From Octopus sinensis (Eukaryota): DNA of 64,000 bases. The notes beneath the pieces were generated by a model that saw nothing but the letters and a program-made list of their open reading frames with translations, made no database searches and was not told the DNA's origin. Numbering within the stretch: position 1 is the stretch's first letter; each line of letters begins with the position of its first letter. The DNA lies in contig NC_043018.1 of assembly GCF_006345805.1 (NCBI RefSeq), forward strand, positions 5,580,001-5,644,000, read 5' to 3'. This document shows positions 15,601 to 26,477 of this stretch, piece by piece. Position numbers and translations under genes: made by a program.

Positions 15601-18600
15601 ATCCAGATAGTTTTGGCTGACGAGCTACAAATGGATTTTTTTTGTAAGTAAAATTACATTTAATTCATTAATAGCGAAACAATTGTCCCAAAATAATCTG
15701 TATTTTTGTTTTTTTTATTTGCCCTGCCGTGTGTGAGCTAACAATCGTACTGACTTTCATGGGAAACATGTATTTTCGTGGTTGAAACCTTTTGGATAAT
15801 GGTGCTAGAGTGAGCCATATAGTGACCACTCTCTTATATTTATTTTGTATAAATATTATAATATGTTATAAAATATTATAATAATCCAGGTTTCCGGAGC
15901 ACTAGGCCACTTGGTGTTGAATAGATATACTATTAAATTAGTATCTAATTCTCTCACCCTTATTAATTAATTATAATTATGCTGCATTTATTTCTAAATG
16001 CTGTATTTGTTTTCCGTGAAAGTTTGGCGCGCTGTTAGTTGGGGCATTTGAATTATAACGTGGATGTAATCAATTGAACCACACGCGTATTTATCGTTAT
16101 GGTAAAATCTGGCGTGTGATTGAGTGGATTTCATCCAGATAGTTTTGGCTGACGAGCTACAAATGGATTTTTTTTGTAAGTAAAATTACATTTAATTCAT
16201 TAATAGCGAAACAATTGTCCCAAAATAATCTGTATTTTTGTTATTTTTTATTTGCCCTGTCCGTGTGAGCTAACAATCGTACTGACTTTCATGGGAAACA
16301 TGTATTTTCGTGGTTGAAACCTTTTGGATTAACTGGTGCTAGAGTGAGCCATATAGTGACCACTCTCTTATATTATTTGTATAAATATATAATATGTTAT
16401 AAAATATTATAATAATCCAGGTTTCTCGGAGCACTAGGCCACTTGGTGTTGAATAGATATACTATTAAATTAGTATCTAATTCTCTCACCCTTATTAATT
16501 AATTATAATTATGCTGCATTTATTTCTAAATGCTGTATTTGTTTTCCGTGAAAGTTTGGCGCGCTGTTAGTTGGGGCATTTGAATTATAACGTCGGATGT
16601 AATCAATTGAACCACACGCGTATTTATCGTTATGGTAAAATCTGGCGTGTGATTGAGTGGATTTCATCCAGATAGTTTTGGCTGACGAGCTACAAATGGA
16701 TTTTTTTTGTAAGTAAAATTACATTTAATTCATTAATAGCGAAACAATTGTCCCAAAATAATCTGTATTTTTGTTATTTTTTATTTACCCTGTCCGTGTG
16801 AGCTAACAATCGTACTGACTTTCATGGGAAACATGTATTTTCGTGGTTGAAACCTTTTGGATTAACTGGTGCTAGAGTGAGCCATATAGTGACCACTCTC
16901 TTATATTTATTTTGTATAAATATTATAATATGTTATAAAATATTATAATAATCCAGGTTTCTCGGAGCACTAGGCCACTTGGTGTTGAATAGATATACTA
17001 TTAAATTAGTATCTAATTCTCTCACCCTTATTAATTAATTATATATATGTATATATACTGATTTTAAACTTTGGTACTAGGCCAGCAATTTCGGAGAAGA
17101 CAATAAGTCGATTACGTCGACACCAGTGTGTGGCTCCTACCCCCAAGAATAAAGAAGCAAATGTCAAGGAAATATATTTACCGTTGACCAGTTTTTTTGT
17201 TAGAAAATGGTCCTTCCGAATGTTTTCTTCAGCTCCGTCTAAACCATATAAAGCTGCTGCAGCTTCCATACCCAGTTGAGGCATTTCACCCCCGAGGGCT
17301 TTACGACATCGTCTGACTCTGGTTATTAAAAAAAAAATAATAATTATATTAATATCTTGATATATGTGTTAAGATGTTCTCGGAGATCACTCGTAAAGCG
17401 AAAACCCGTAAAATGCAGTTGGGAAGCAAGCTTCTTTCTACACAGCCACAGCCTAGTGGTTAGGGTGTTATATTTAAAAACATGCTACAAGCTGGTCGTT
17501 TAGCTTAATGGTAGAGTATTCGGTTGGAATCTGAGGCGTACGGGTTCGAGTCCCGCAGACGTCTACTGACAGCTTTTTTTTTTTAACCAACGGTGGTGCC
17601 CCAGCATGACTACAGCTTTAAAGCTGAAACACTTAAATAACAATACCAATTGATACAAACCTTTTGATGAAAGATTCAGTGCCAGCTACTATGGACCCAA
17701 ATGGAGCACCAATTCCCTGGAATTAAAATTCAAAGAAAATCCTTTTAAAAAGATCTTAGAGATATAGAAGTAAATAATTAACAGAAGTAAATAATTAATA
17801 GACGTAAATAATTAATAGAAGTAAATTATTAATAGAGGTAAATAATTAATGTAATGAATATTTTTGTTAATTTAGAAATGAATTTATGAAAAGAGAGATG
17901 CTGTGTTGGGGGTGTCAAAGAATACACCCGACATTTCCTCTGCGTGTCATAAAGGGCGACTGAAAGAGGTCGAGGTAGGGCTTGCACTCCGATCTGGTGA
18001 AACCCTTACCAACAACGGCTACCCAAACAAACCCGTTGATTTGAGGGTTGTCCCCCCGAGCGGTGCAAGGGCGGGCAGCGTCCGCCAGGAATAGGGAATC
18101 AACAACAAATGGTGGATGCAGCGAGGCGCTGTCATAGGGCATGCCCCCTTATTACTACTACTACTACTACTTGTCTTCCAACTTCAATTGGTGACAATTT
18201 GAACTTCCAGAACACCACAGCGTGTTTTTTTTTTAATAACCTCAGTGTTATTTTGTACTAAAATCTATTGACAAGGTTCTTCCATACCATTGTGAAATAG
18301 GTTCTCCTGTAAGAGTCCAGTCCTTGGACATTCACCAAAGACATAGAGGCAAGGTTTGATGGCATTTACACCTTCATGTTAGGGGCAATTCCGAATATCG
18401 CGTCGAAAAAAGCAGCATCTCATGAAACAAAGACCGTATGGCAGTCTTCTTGCAATCAAGTTTATTATTCGAGAGAGACTCATACGATTTGCAGGACATT
18501 GCTGGAGGGTTAAACAACAACTGATTAGTGACACACTAATCCTTGTTGATCTCGCGAATGCTATGATGGGTGGCATAATAAAATCAAATAAATCCGAGAA

Positions 18601-18895
18601 ATATTGACCAGATGATACTCATTTGTTAATATGACATGGTATAGTGGTTATCACGTCTGCTTCACACGCAGAAGATCGTGTGTTCGAAACTCGCTGGAAC
18701 CCTGCCTTGCCTTGCTTTGTTTTATAGGCGTAGGAGTGTCTGTGTGGTAAGTAGCTTGCTTTCGAACCACATGGTTCCGGGTTCAGTCCCACTGCGTGGC
18801 ACCTTGGGCAAGTGTCTTCTACTATAGCCTCGGGTCGACCAAAGCTTTGTGAGTGGATTTTGTAGACAGAAACTGAAAGAAGCCTGTTGTATATA

Positions 18896-18926
<31 letters not shown>

Positions 18927-21900
18927 CTGTGTCTGTGTATTTCCCCCCCAAACATCCCTTGAAACCGATGCTGGTATGTTTACGTCCCCGTCACTTAGCG
19001 GTTCGGCAAAAGCCTCGGGCCGACCAAAGCCTTGTGAGTGAATTTTGTAGATAGAAACTGAAAGAAGCCTGTTGTATATATGTATATGTGTGTGTGTGTG
19101 TGTGTGCGTGCGTGCGTGTCTGTGTGTGTGTATGTGTGTGTGTGTGTGTGTGTGGTGTTTGTGTATGTCCCTCCAAACATCGCTTGAAACCGATGCTGGT
19201 GTGTTTACGTCCCCGCCACTTAGCGGTTCGGCAAAAGACACCAATAGAATAAGTACTAGGCTTACAAAGAATAAGTCTTGGGGTTGATTTGCTCGATTAA
19301 AGGCGGTGCTCCAGCATAGCCACAGCCAAATGACTGAAACAAGTAAAAGAGTAAAAAGAGTAGAGAATGTCAGACTATGAACTGAAAGATCTTGGTAGTG
19401 AACACAAAAACCCAACACACTGGCCGGCGCAGGACACGAAACCACAACGGAAAGATCATAGTTGCAACACCTTAATACATTTCCTAATTAACTATACACA
19501 TTAACCCCGCTACTATGCGTGTGGCCTTGTAGTTAGGCTGTTGCATTCACAATCACTAAATCGTGGGTTCGATTCCCAGACGGGGCGGCGCGTTGTGTTT
19601 TTGAGCAAAATATTTAATTTCATGTTGTTCCAGACCACTTCGATCAATGGTAAATGCTCTCCTAGCCAGTGCAATGACGTCATTTGAAGACTAAAACAAT
19701 ACAAAATTGTATTGTAATCAGTGATGTGTAACAACGTCTGACAGATTAGTCGGTCATGTGATCACATGGTCACGTGATTAAGCTCAACACAAGGTTGAGT
19801 CCTTGTTGCAGTATAGTACCTTGTATGTCTCAAAGTCCAAGACTTTGAGTCACTTTTCCCAGAGGTAAAAAAAGGGTTGGCAGAGGGCTAAAACCCCTAC
19901 ACAGGAAAAAGTCAATGAAGCAATGATACCAATACAAAATCAACAAGATCTGGGAGAGTATGGCCCTCGGGGAAGCGTACGAGAGTAACTCTCACACTGG
20001 GGTATGCGTCTGCCCAGAGAACAGTGGAGAAAAGCCATTGACGGCCAATGCGAAGTAAGAGACCTTTAACCATAATATCATAAAAAATACCCCTTACCTT
20101 ATTAAGACAAAAAGTGACAGAATCACAGAATTTTGTTATCTCTGAAACAGGAACACCAAGTCCAACGGCTGCATTCAAAATACGTGCGCCATCCACGTGA
20201 ACCTTTATATCATTTTCTTGGGCTAGATTGTACAACTGCAAAAATAAAAAATATTATTTAATCAGTAACAATGTGTTACACGGTTTTTGTCCTTGGGCAG
20301 CAACTATTATTTTCTATTTGCTTGCCTCTAGAAATTATGACCTTGCTTTCAAACTTTCAGAAATTATTCCAGGTTGTTCCAGCGGTACAACCTGGAATTG
20401 TATTGTCTTGTATTGTCTTGTATTGTCTTGTATTGTCTTGCTGCTGTGGAGGCGCGTGGCTTAGTGGTTAGGGTGTCAGCATCATGATCGCAAGATTGTG
20501 GCTTCGATTCTTGGACCGGGCGACGCGTTGTGTTCTTGGGCAAAACACTTCAATTTCACGTTGCTCCAGTCCACTCAGCTGGCAAAAATGAGTAACGCTG
20601 CAATGGACTGGCGGCCCATCCAGCTTCGGAACACACACACCATGGAAACCAGGAAACCGGGCCCATGAGCCTGGTTCGGCTTTAAAAGGGCGCATTTATT
20701 TATTTATTTATTGTCTTGCTGCAGAAGAGCCTGCTTTCTGTTAACCAATGCCGTGCATTTATGCCGCACAATGGCACACATCCGTAAGATGCCGAACTCA
20801 CCTCATACTCTCTGAGTGCTACTCGCCAGATTTGCCTCGATGGCTTAGGACACGACCTCAGAATCCACGGTTACCTGATCATCAAACTACTTGACCTCCT
20901 ACGGTCAGGTGATATACACGTCGCACACTTGCACGTGTGAAAATATTTGTTTCAAATGGTGGCACATGGCCAGAAAATACAGATGAGGGGTTAGGTCGAT
21001 TACATCGACCCCTGTGTTTCACTGGAACTTATTTTATCGACCACGAAAAGATAAAAGGCAATGTCGAACTCGGTAGAATTTGAACCCGGAATATAAAGTC
21101 GGACGAAATAACGCTATGCATTTTTCCTGGTGTGCTAACGATCTTACTAGTTGGCTGTCCTCACGTATGCAAATATTGCAAAGCTTTTGAGTCGCCTCAA
21201 TATTACATCACTTCATTATGCATTGATAATCATACCAAATCATTATGCGTTGATATCAAATAAATTTTCTTTACTACCCACAAGGGGCTAAACATAGAGG
21301 GGACAAACAAGGACAGACAAAGGGATTAAGTCGATTACATCGACCCCAGTGCGAAACTGGTACTTTATTTATCGACCCCGAAAGGATGAAAGGTAAAGTC
21401 AACCTCGGCGGAATTTGAACTCAGAACGTAACGACAGACGAAATACCTATTTCTTTATTACCCACAAGGGGCTAAATACAGAGGGGACAAACAAGGACAG
21501 ACACACGGATTAAGTCGATTACATCGACCCCAGTGCGTAATTGGTACTTATTTAATCGACCCCGAAAGGATGAAAGGCAAAGTCGACCACGGCGGAATTT
21601 GAACTCAGAACGTAGCGGCAGACGAAATACGGCTACGCATTTCGCCCGGCGCGCTAACAATTCTGCTATATCACTGCCTTCTATTGATATCCAATAAATC
21701 ACTCCAACAGGCCCCGATATTCAATGGTCATACTCCGATCTTATGATACCAGTTGCCACAATGTTTCAATATCGAGTGAACCAATCACAGTACCTTGACA
21801 GGCACAGGTGTGGTTCCGTGGTTAAAACGTTTCAGGTTCAGTCCCGCTGCGCAACATCTTGGAACAGTATCTACTATATCTCAGGGCTGACAAAATCTTT

Positions 21901-21962
21901 TAGTGTTGGTAGATAGAAACTGGAAGGAACCAGTCGTATATTGAATGTATGTATGTACGTAT

Positions 21963-22016
<54 letters not shown>

Positions 22017-23429
22017 ACTCTTGTCTAGACATCATATGATGGCTGTAAATGAGTACCATCGTCATACAAGCGTTCATTTATAATCTTCCGTGAAAAAAAA
22101 AAACATGTCTAGCTTCGCTGTTGGAAAATATTACCTTATTTGGAAAACATCCGGTCATAGAAAATCCATCTCAACAAATTTCGTCTGACTCATGCTAGCA
22201 ATGAAAAGTGGACGTTTAATGATCATGATGATGATGGTGGTGGTGGCGACAACGGTGATGATGATGATGACAATGATGTTGATGACAATGATGTTGATGA
22301 CAACAATGATGATGATGACAACGATGATGATGATAATGATGGTGACGACGACGACGACGACGATAAAGGATGATAGCAGTAGGGCTGACCATCGCAAAAG
22401 ACCTTCTTACCTTTTGTAAAAAGTCCAACGGTAAAATACTCCCAGCGCATAAAGTATGAGTGTTTTCTAGGCAGATAACTTTGGTTCTACATACATCATT
22501 TCCGTCTGATGTTGATATTGTCTCGGCTAATGTGGTTAAATCGTGAGTTCCATCTTTTAGAGTGGGGACGCTTCTTGGAAAAACTCCAGCCAACTGTGAA
22601 AAAAGATTCATCACAATGCCATGATTCTAAAAGTGAACGATTTTACTCATACACACATCTACATACACACTTAAATATAACGTGAATGAATAAGATTATA
22701 CTTACATGGAAACGAATTTACGTAAATACGTGAGGTTTCCAGGAGTATGGTTTTCTGTAACCCACATTTTTGGGGGCTGCCAGGAGCTCACTCTACGTAT
22801 TTGCATGCTCTTTTGAAAAATTGATGTAACAATTGTATTCTATTGATCTGAAGAGCAAGCCTTCTATGTCTGCATTGGATTGTATAATGTACAACAGCAC
22901 TATGCAAATTATAACACACACACTTGTACAGACAATGGGATATTTTTGTAAGTGTCTCATTTATAACTACATATTAACCTATCACACATGGCTAATATGA
23001 ACATAATGAATCACCCATATCTGCATGGCCGAAACAGCTGTAAGATGTAGTTTATATTTATATTTGTATTTATTTATATTCACTTATACATACTGTACTT
23101 ACTGTATCATATTACTCTTTCATGTACATTGTTTTGTCCTATATTATTATGTTTGACCGAAATGTTCATATGTAATGGTTTAATAAATTATGTGATTGGG
23201 CATTATCTGGTAGTTGATGATTGATTAAGGTGTATTTCTCCATTTTCTTATTTTGTATTATTAATTTGTGGTAAAGCATTTTACCTTTGCCCATATAATA
23301 CAGTAAATGAATTAACTGCATCGCAGTTCTTAACATTTATGTATTAACTTTGTTGGGTGCTTCACCAGCAGTATATTGGATATATGTTATCCAATGGAGG
23401 GTTGCACTTACAACCCCTATCTTAATTTG

Positions 23430-23482
<53 letters not shown>

Positions 23483-24648
23483 TTGCTAGGGGAGATAATT
23501 GTTCACTCATTCATTTTGCAGTAAAGGGGAGGTAAATCTGTAATTTAAATTATTTTTGTTTTTTGTGTTCTCTATTTTATTATGGCTTACATCTTGCATT
23601 AGATGGGGTAAATCCTTTATCTTTAGTATGGGTTCATTTATGTAACTAGATGCTCAAGGAAATTCGATCCGCAAGAGATGTATGGTCCATAGACAACAAA
23701 TTTCCTCCCCACGATATCGCCAAATATATCTCACTCAACACATTGACGAATATGCAGGACGATTACATCCACAAATCGTAATTTTCAACTTGCTCTCTGG
23801 ACCTCAACACAAGTAAGACTGAATAAAGAAGTCTCATCTATCTAAAAATATAAACCAGAATTAAATAAAGGACGTACTCCATCTAATATAAGATATCAAT
23901 CATAATAAAATAGAGAATACAAAAACAAAAACAAACATAAATATTACAGATTTACCTCCCCTTTACTGCAAATTGAATGAGTGAACAATTATCTCCCCTA
24001 GCAATGCGAAACCAGTCCTTACTTCAATTACGTTGAAAGAACAAAACCTAGTTTTGTACAAAATTGTATATATCTAATATCATGGCTGTGATATAATCTT
24101 AAATCCTGTAAAACATACCTTCTGTGATTTTTCTATATATATCCACCACGTATCTTTCCCCAGTAAAATATTTTCTACCTTATACATGATGGCCGTCCAC
24201 TCGTGACCGAGGAAGACCATTGCCGACCTTCAGGAACATTGTGCGCTCTAGGACTAACTTATATTTTGCATTTGCGGCTCCGTTGGTGGCTAATTAGCCC
24301 TGCTCTTGACAAGCATACACAACTGCAAACATTGCAGACCAAGCTTTCCCCATTCACTATACGAGCCGTGCGCTTTCGCACAGCTCGCCTAAGTTCTTCA
24401 TGCTGGATACGCGCTCTCTCAAAAATGTCGATCCCCTCCTTAACCTGCTTCCTCCATCTGTGGTGATGACAGGCATTGTTCTCCCAGTCAGTGTCCTGCA
24501 TATCAAAGGCCTTTAACGAGGACTTGACACAGTCCTTAAATCGCAGCCTTGGTTTTCGCCGGAGTCTCCTTCCATTCACAAGTTCTTCATAGAGCATCTG
24601 CTTAGGAATCTTTCTACCTTATACATACATACATACATACATACACAC

Positions 24649-24720
<72 letters not shown>

Positions 24721-24838
24721 ATATAGCTCTGGAATTTTAATTTTTCTATTGAAATTGTTGCTGAATTCTTGCACAAAGGGAAATACTTGTGCTACTTACG
24801 AAATACATATTCCAATCCCTAAGAATAACATGCTCTCT

Positions 24839-24871
<33 letters not shown>

Positions 24872-26477
24872 ATACACACATACACACACAGGCATATACA
24901 TATATACATATAATGCATATAAAAGTAGTGAGAAGATTAGCAACCTACCTGAGCAACGTGGCCTTGTTCAGCTAAATATAAATGAGACTTATCCCCCATC
25001 AGAACCTCGAGTCCTCTCTCCTGACAGTGGCTCATAACTGTAAAAAGGATTTAAAAGAAATTAAATGCTTTATGTTAAGAAAGCCTTTATAAAGAACAAT
25101 AATCGTTTCATTTTCTTCCAAGTCATCTTCAGTCTGTATGTTGCCTAACTATTAATGTAACCACATCAAATATCCTGCATGTTTCACCCGTTATTTTACA
25201 TATCTATCTATATATATAAAGCTGAAGTTGTCTGTGAATGGCGGGTTTGGTAGCCTTCAACGAACACTATCTCCTCCGAGACCCTGCGGCGCAAGTTGAC
25301 CAAAACTGAGAGTATGATAGAAGAAGGTTTGCTCTTCATTCCGTAGAAGAAAAAAATCAAATCGGACCATGTTAAGACCAAAAATTATTTACATCAAAAA
25401 GGTGCTTTTTTTCTATGAAAATCCCTATTTTTTACGAGCTTTTGACTGCTGTGTCGCCATTTTTCGGTATATTTCAACCAGAAAAATTTTCACTTAAAGA
25501 GAATAACAAGCTACATAATGCAAAAGTTTTACTTTTCAAAAATTCCAATTCTAAAGGGTAGAAACAAACCCGAGCAACGCCGGGCGATACCGCTAGTATT
25601 ATGATAAATAGATGAGAATATTCTCTGGTACCCTCGGGTACCTCTCTATCTCACTTCTAGTTACTCTCACCTACCCTTGCATAATGTGGGGGTAACAACA
25701 TATCTTCTCTATAGCAGGACAGCTGTGCTTGTCCCTTCATCATACTTTAGCCTACAACACCTGGTATAAAGCCACCGCCTCGTCTTCTCTTTGATTGACT
25801 CTCCATTCGGTTGAGGGGGCCATCTCTGTCTACTTTTTTATTCATTGTTTTGCAAGCTACTTGGTGATTTCACTAATGCTGGTCGCGGGGGAAAAAAGCA
25901 CTCCGGCTATAAACGATGGCGAAAGGTCACATTGATAGCAAAAAGAAAAGAACAAAAACAGGTAAAAGAAAACGAAAACAAAACAATCAAATAAAACATT
26001 ATGTAATAACTTACTGCTTAATAAATTTGCCATGGTCCCTGTAGAAACAAGCAAGGCCTTTTCTTTGCCAAGAAGTTTTGCACATTTTGCTTCTAAAGCT
26101 GAAATTTTAAAGAAGAATAAATAAATAGTTTTTAGTTTGTTTAACAGTTACTAAGACGACATCAAGGTACCATCTTCACACACGCATGCATGACGCACGC
26201 ACACACAGCCACATACATACACAGATAAATAGATAGAGAGAGAGGGGGGGGACAAGAGAGAGTGAGAGAATTATATATAAAACTAGAAACATGTATGTGG
26301 TGGTGGTGATATACTGTTGAAGCTTTATAAAAAATATTAAAAAAACAATTAATAACTAAAATTTTTACCTAGAACCATCGGATCTTCTCCTACATCAGCA
26401 TTGGCCATGGCTTCTCTCATGGCCTTGGAAGGTTTTGAGAATATATCACTTATCATATCCACAAATTTTGGGGCCAT
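11137..26477 (-). CDS. L-threonine aldolase-like paralog B, complete 9-exon CDS, 1083 nt, 360 aa
   Basis: Exons 26369-26477, 26015-26098, 24949-25037, 22411-22593, 20098-20235, 17661-17716, 17182-17318, 11919-12043 and 11137-11298 (TGA at 11137-11139). All boundaries are GT-AG and the lengths sum to 361 codons with no stop. Motifs: SH83, LENTH, HVDGAR (D170/R173), CLNK201-GIGAPFGS (PLP lysine), RKALGG, QTNLVF, IR332F. Confidence 0.95.
13019..13411 (+). mobile_element. Non-autonomous Helitron
   Basis: A|TC 5' end, 3' hairpin plus CTAG|T; same family as 7385-8398. Confidence 0.85.
14409..14489 (-). ncRNA. Type I hammerhead ribozyme motif, sense to the aldolase B pre-mRNA
   Basis: Reverse complement of the array motif with an intact core; cleavage C at 14415. 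Confidence 0.83.
14938..15019 (-). ncRNA. Type I hammerhead ribozyme motif, sense to the aldolase B pre-mRNA
   Basis: Reverse complement of the array motif with an intact core. The stem I 5' strand is one U shorter; cleavage C at 14944. Confidence 0.85.
15611..15693 (+). ncRNA. Type I hammerhead ribozyme motif
   Basis: TTTTGG (stem I) CTGACGA GCTA...TAGC (stem II) GAAA CAATTG T C CCAAAA (stem I'). Predicted cleavage is after GUC at 15687. Confidence 0.88.
16143..16225 (+). ncRNA. Type I hammerhead ribozyme motif
   Basis: Same motif as 15611-15693; cleavage C at 16219. Confidence 0.88.
16676..16758 (+). ncRNA. Type I hammerhead ribozyme motif
   Basis: Same motif as 15611-15693; cleavage C at 16752. 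Confidence 0.88.
17494..17584 (+). ncRNA. tRNA-like Pol III unit (pseudo-tRNA or isolated SINE head) with oligo-T run
   Basis: A-box TAGCTTAATGGTAGAG at 17501, stem TTCGG/CTGAG with loop TTGGAAT, B-box GGTTCGAGTCC at 17543, and T11 at 17574-17584. The acceptor stem is imperfect. Confidence 0.55.
18630..18702 (+). pseudogene. tRNA-Val-derived pseudogene (anticodon CAC)
   Basis: TGGTATAGTGGTTATCACGTCTGCTTCACACGCAGAAG..GTTCGAAAC..TGGAACC closely follows the metazoan tRNA-Val body. The 5' acceptor strand (expected GGTTCCA) is lost and the T stem is mismatched. Confidence 0.75.
20446..20700 (+). mobile_element. tRNA-headed SINE family C (CORE-like domain)
   Basis: GGAGGCGCGTGGCTTAGTGGTTAGGG head, GTGTTCTTGGGCAAAACACT..GCTCCAGTCCACTCAGCTG core and a (TTTA)n tail. 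Other copies: ~19510-19760, 53997-54190, 60555-60870(-). Confidence 0.75.
23490..24004. repeat. Inverted repeat pair (~75 bp) about 370 bp apart, in aldolase B intron 3
   Basis: tattgctaggggagataattgttcactcattca...aggtaaatctgtaat (~23480-23550) versus its reverse complement at ~23942-24005. Confidence 0.65.
24190..24612 (-). mobile_element. RTE-like LINE 3' fragment
   Basis: LYEEL..GRR...PRLRFKDCVK..LK...DWE...RWR, followed by a C-terminal CxxC...H knuckle. Confidence 0.85.
25207..25596 (+). mobile_element. Non-autonomous Helitron with a different interior
   Basis: A|TC start and the same 3' hairpin plus CTAG|T, but an unrelated middle. It is absent from the homologous intron 2 of paralog A. 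Confidence 0.8.

Larger units (their letters stand above)
14251..17040. mobile_element. Head-to-head tandem array of ~533-bp hammerhead-bearing units (retrozyme / Penelope pLTR-like)
   Basis: About 2 units run in one orientation (starts 14251, 14780). The orientation inverts at ~15286, then ~3.3 units run the other way (starts 15287, 15822, 16356, 16889). Both ends abut (TA)n. No ORF of 60 aa or more is present in the supplied track. Confidence 0.9.

Noticed and set aside
17494-17564. Functional tRNA-Ser(GGA) or tRNA-Pro
   Set aside because: The acceptor stem does not pair in register, there is no long variable arm for Ser, and TGG is off-centre in the loop.
19912-20097. ORF-track extension of aldolase exon 5 (VRGIFYD...)
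   Set aside because: This is read-through into the intron past the GT donor at 20097. The spliced frame continues in exon 17661-17716.
22840-23050. GAAACAGCTGTAAGAT (also at ~32810) as a hammerhead 3' half
   Set aside because: The palindromic stem III is present, but I could not pair a canonical core with both stems I and II. At best these are decayed remnants.
11137-26477. Bacterial horizontal transfer of threonine aldolase
   Set aside because: The gene has eight spliceosomal introns and the family is native to animals. Similarity to LtaE is expected.
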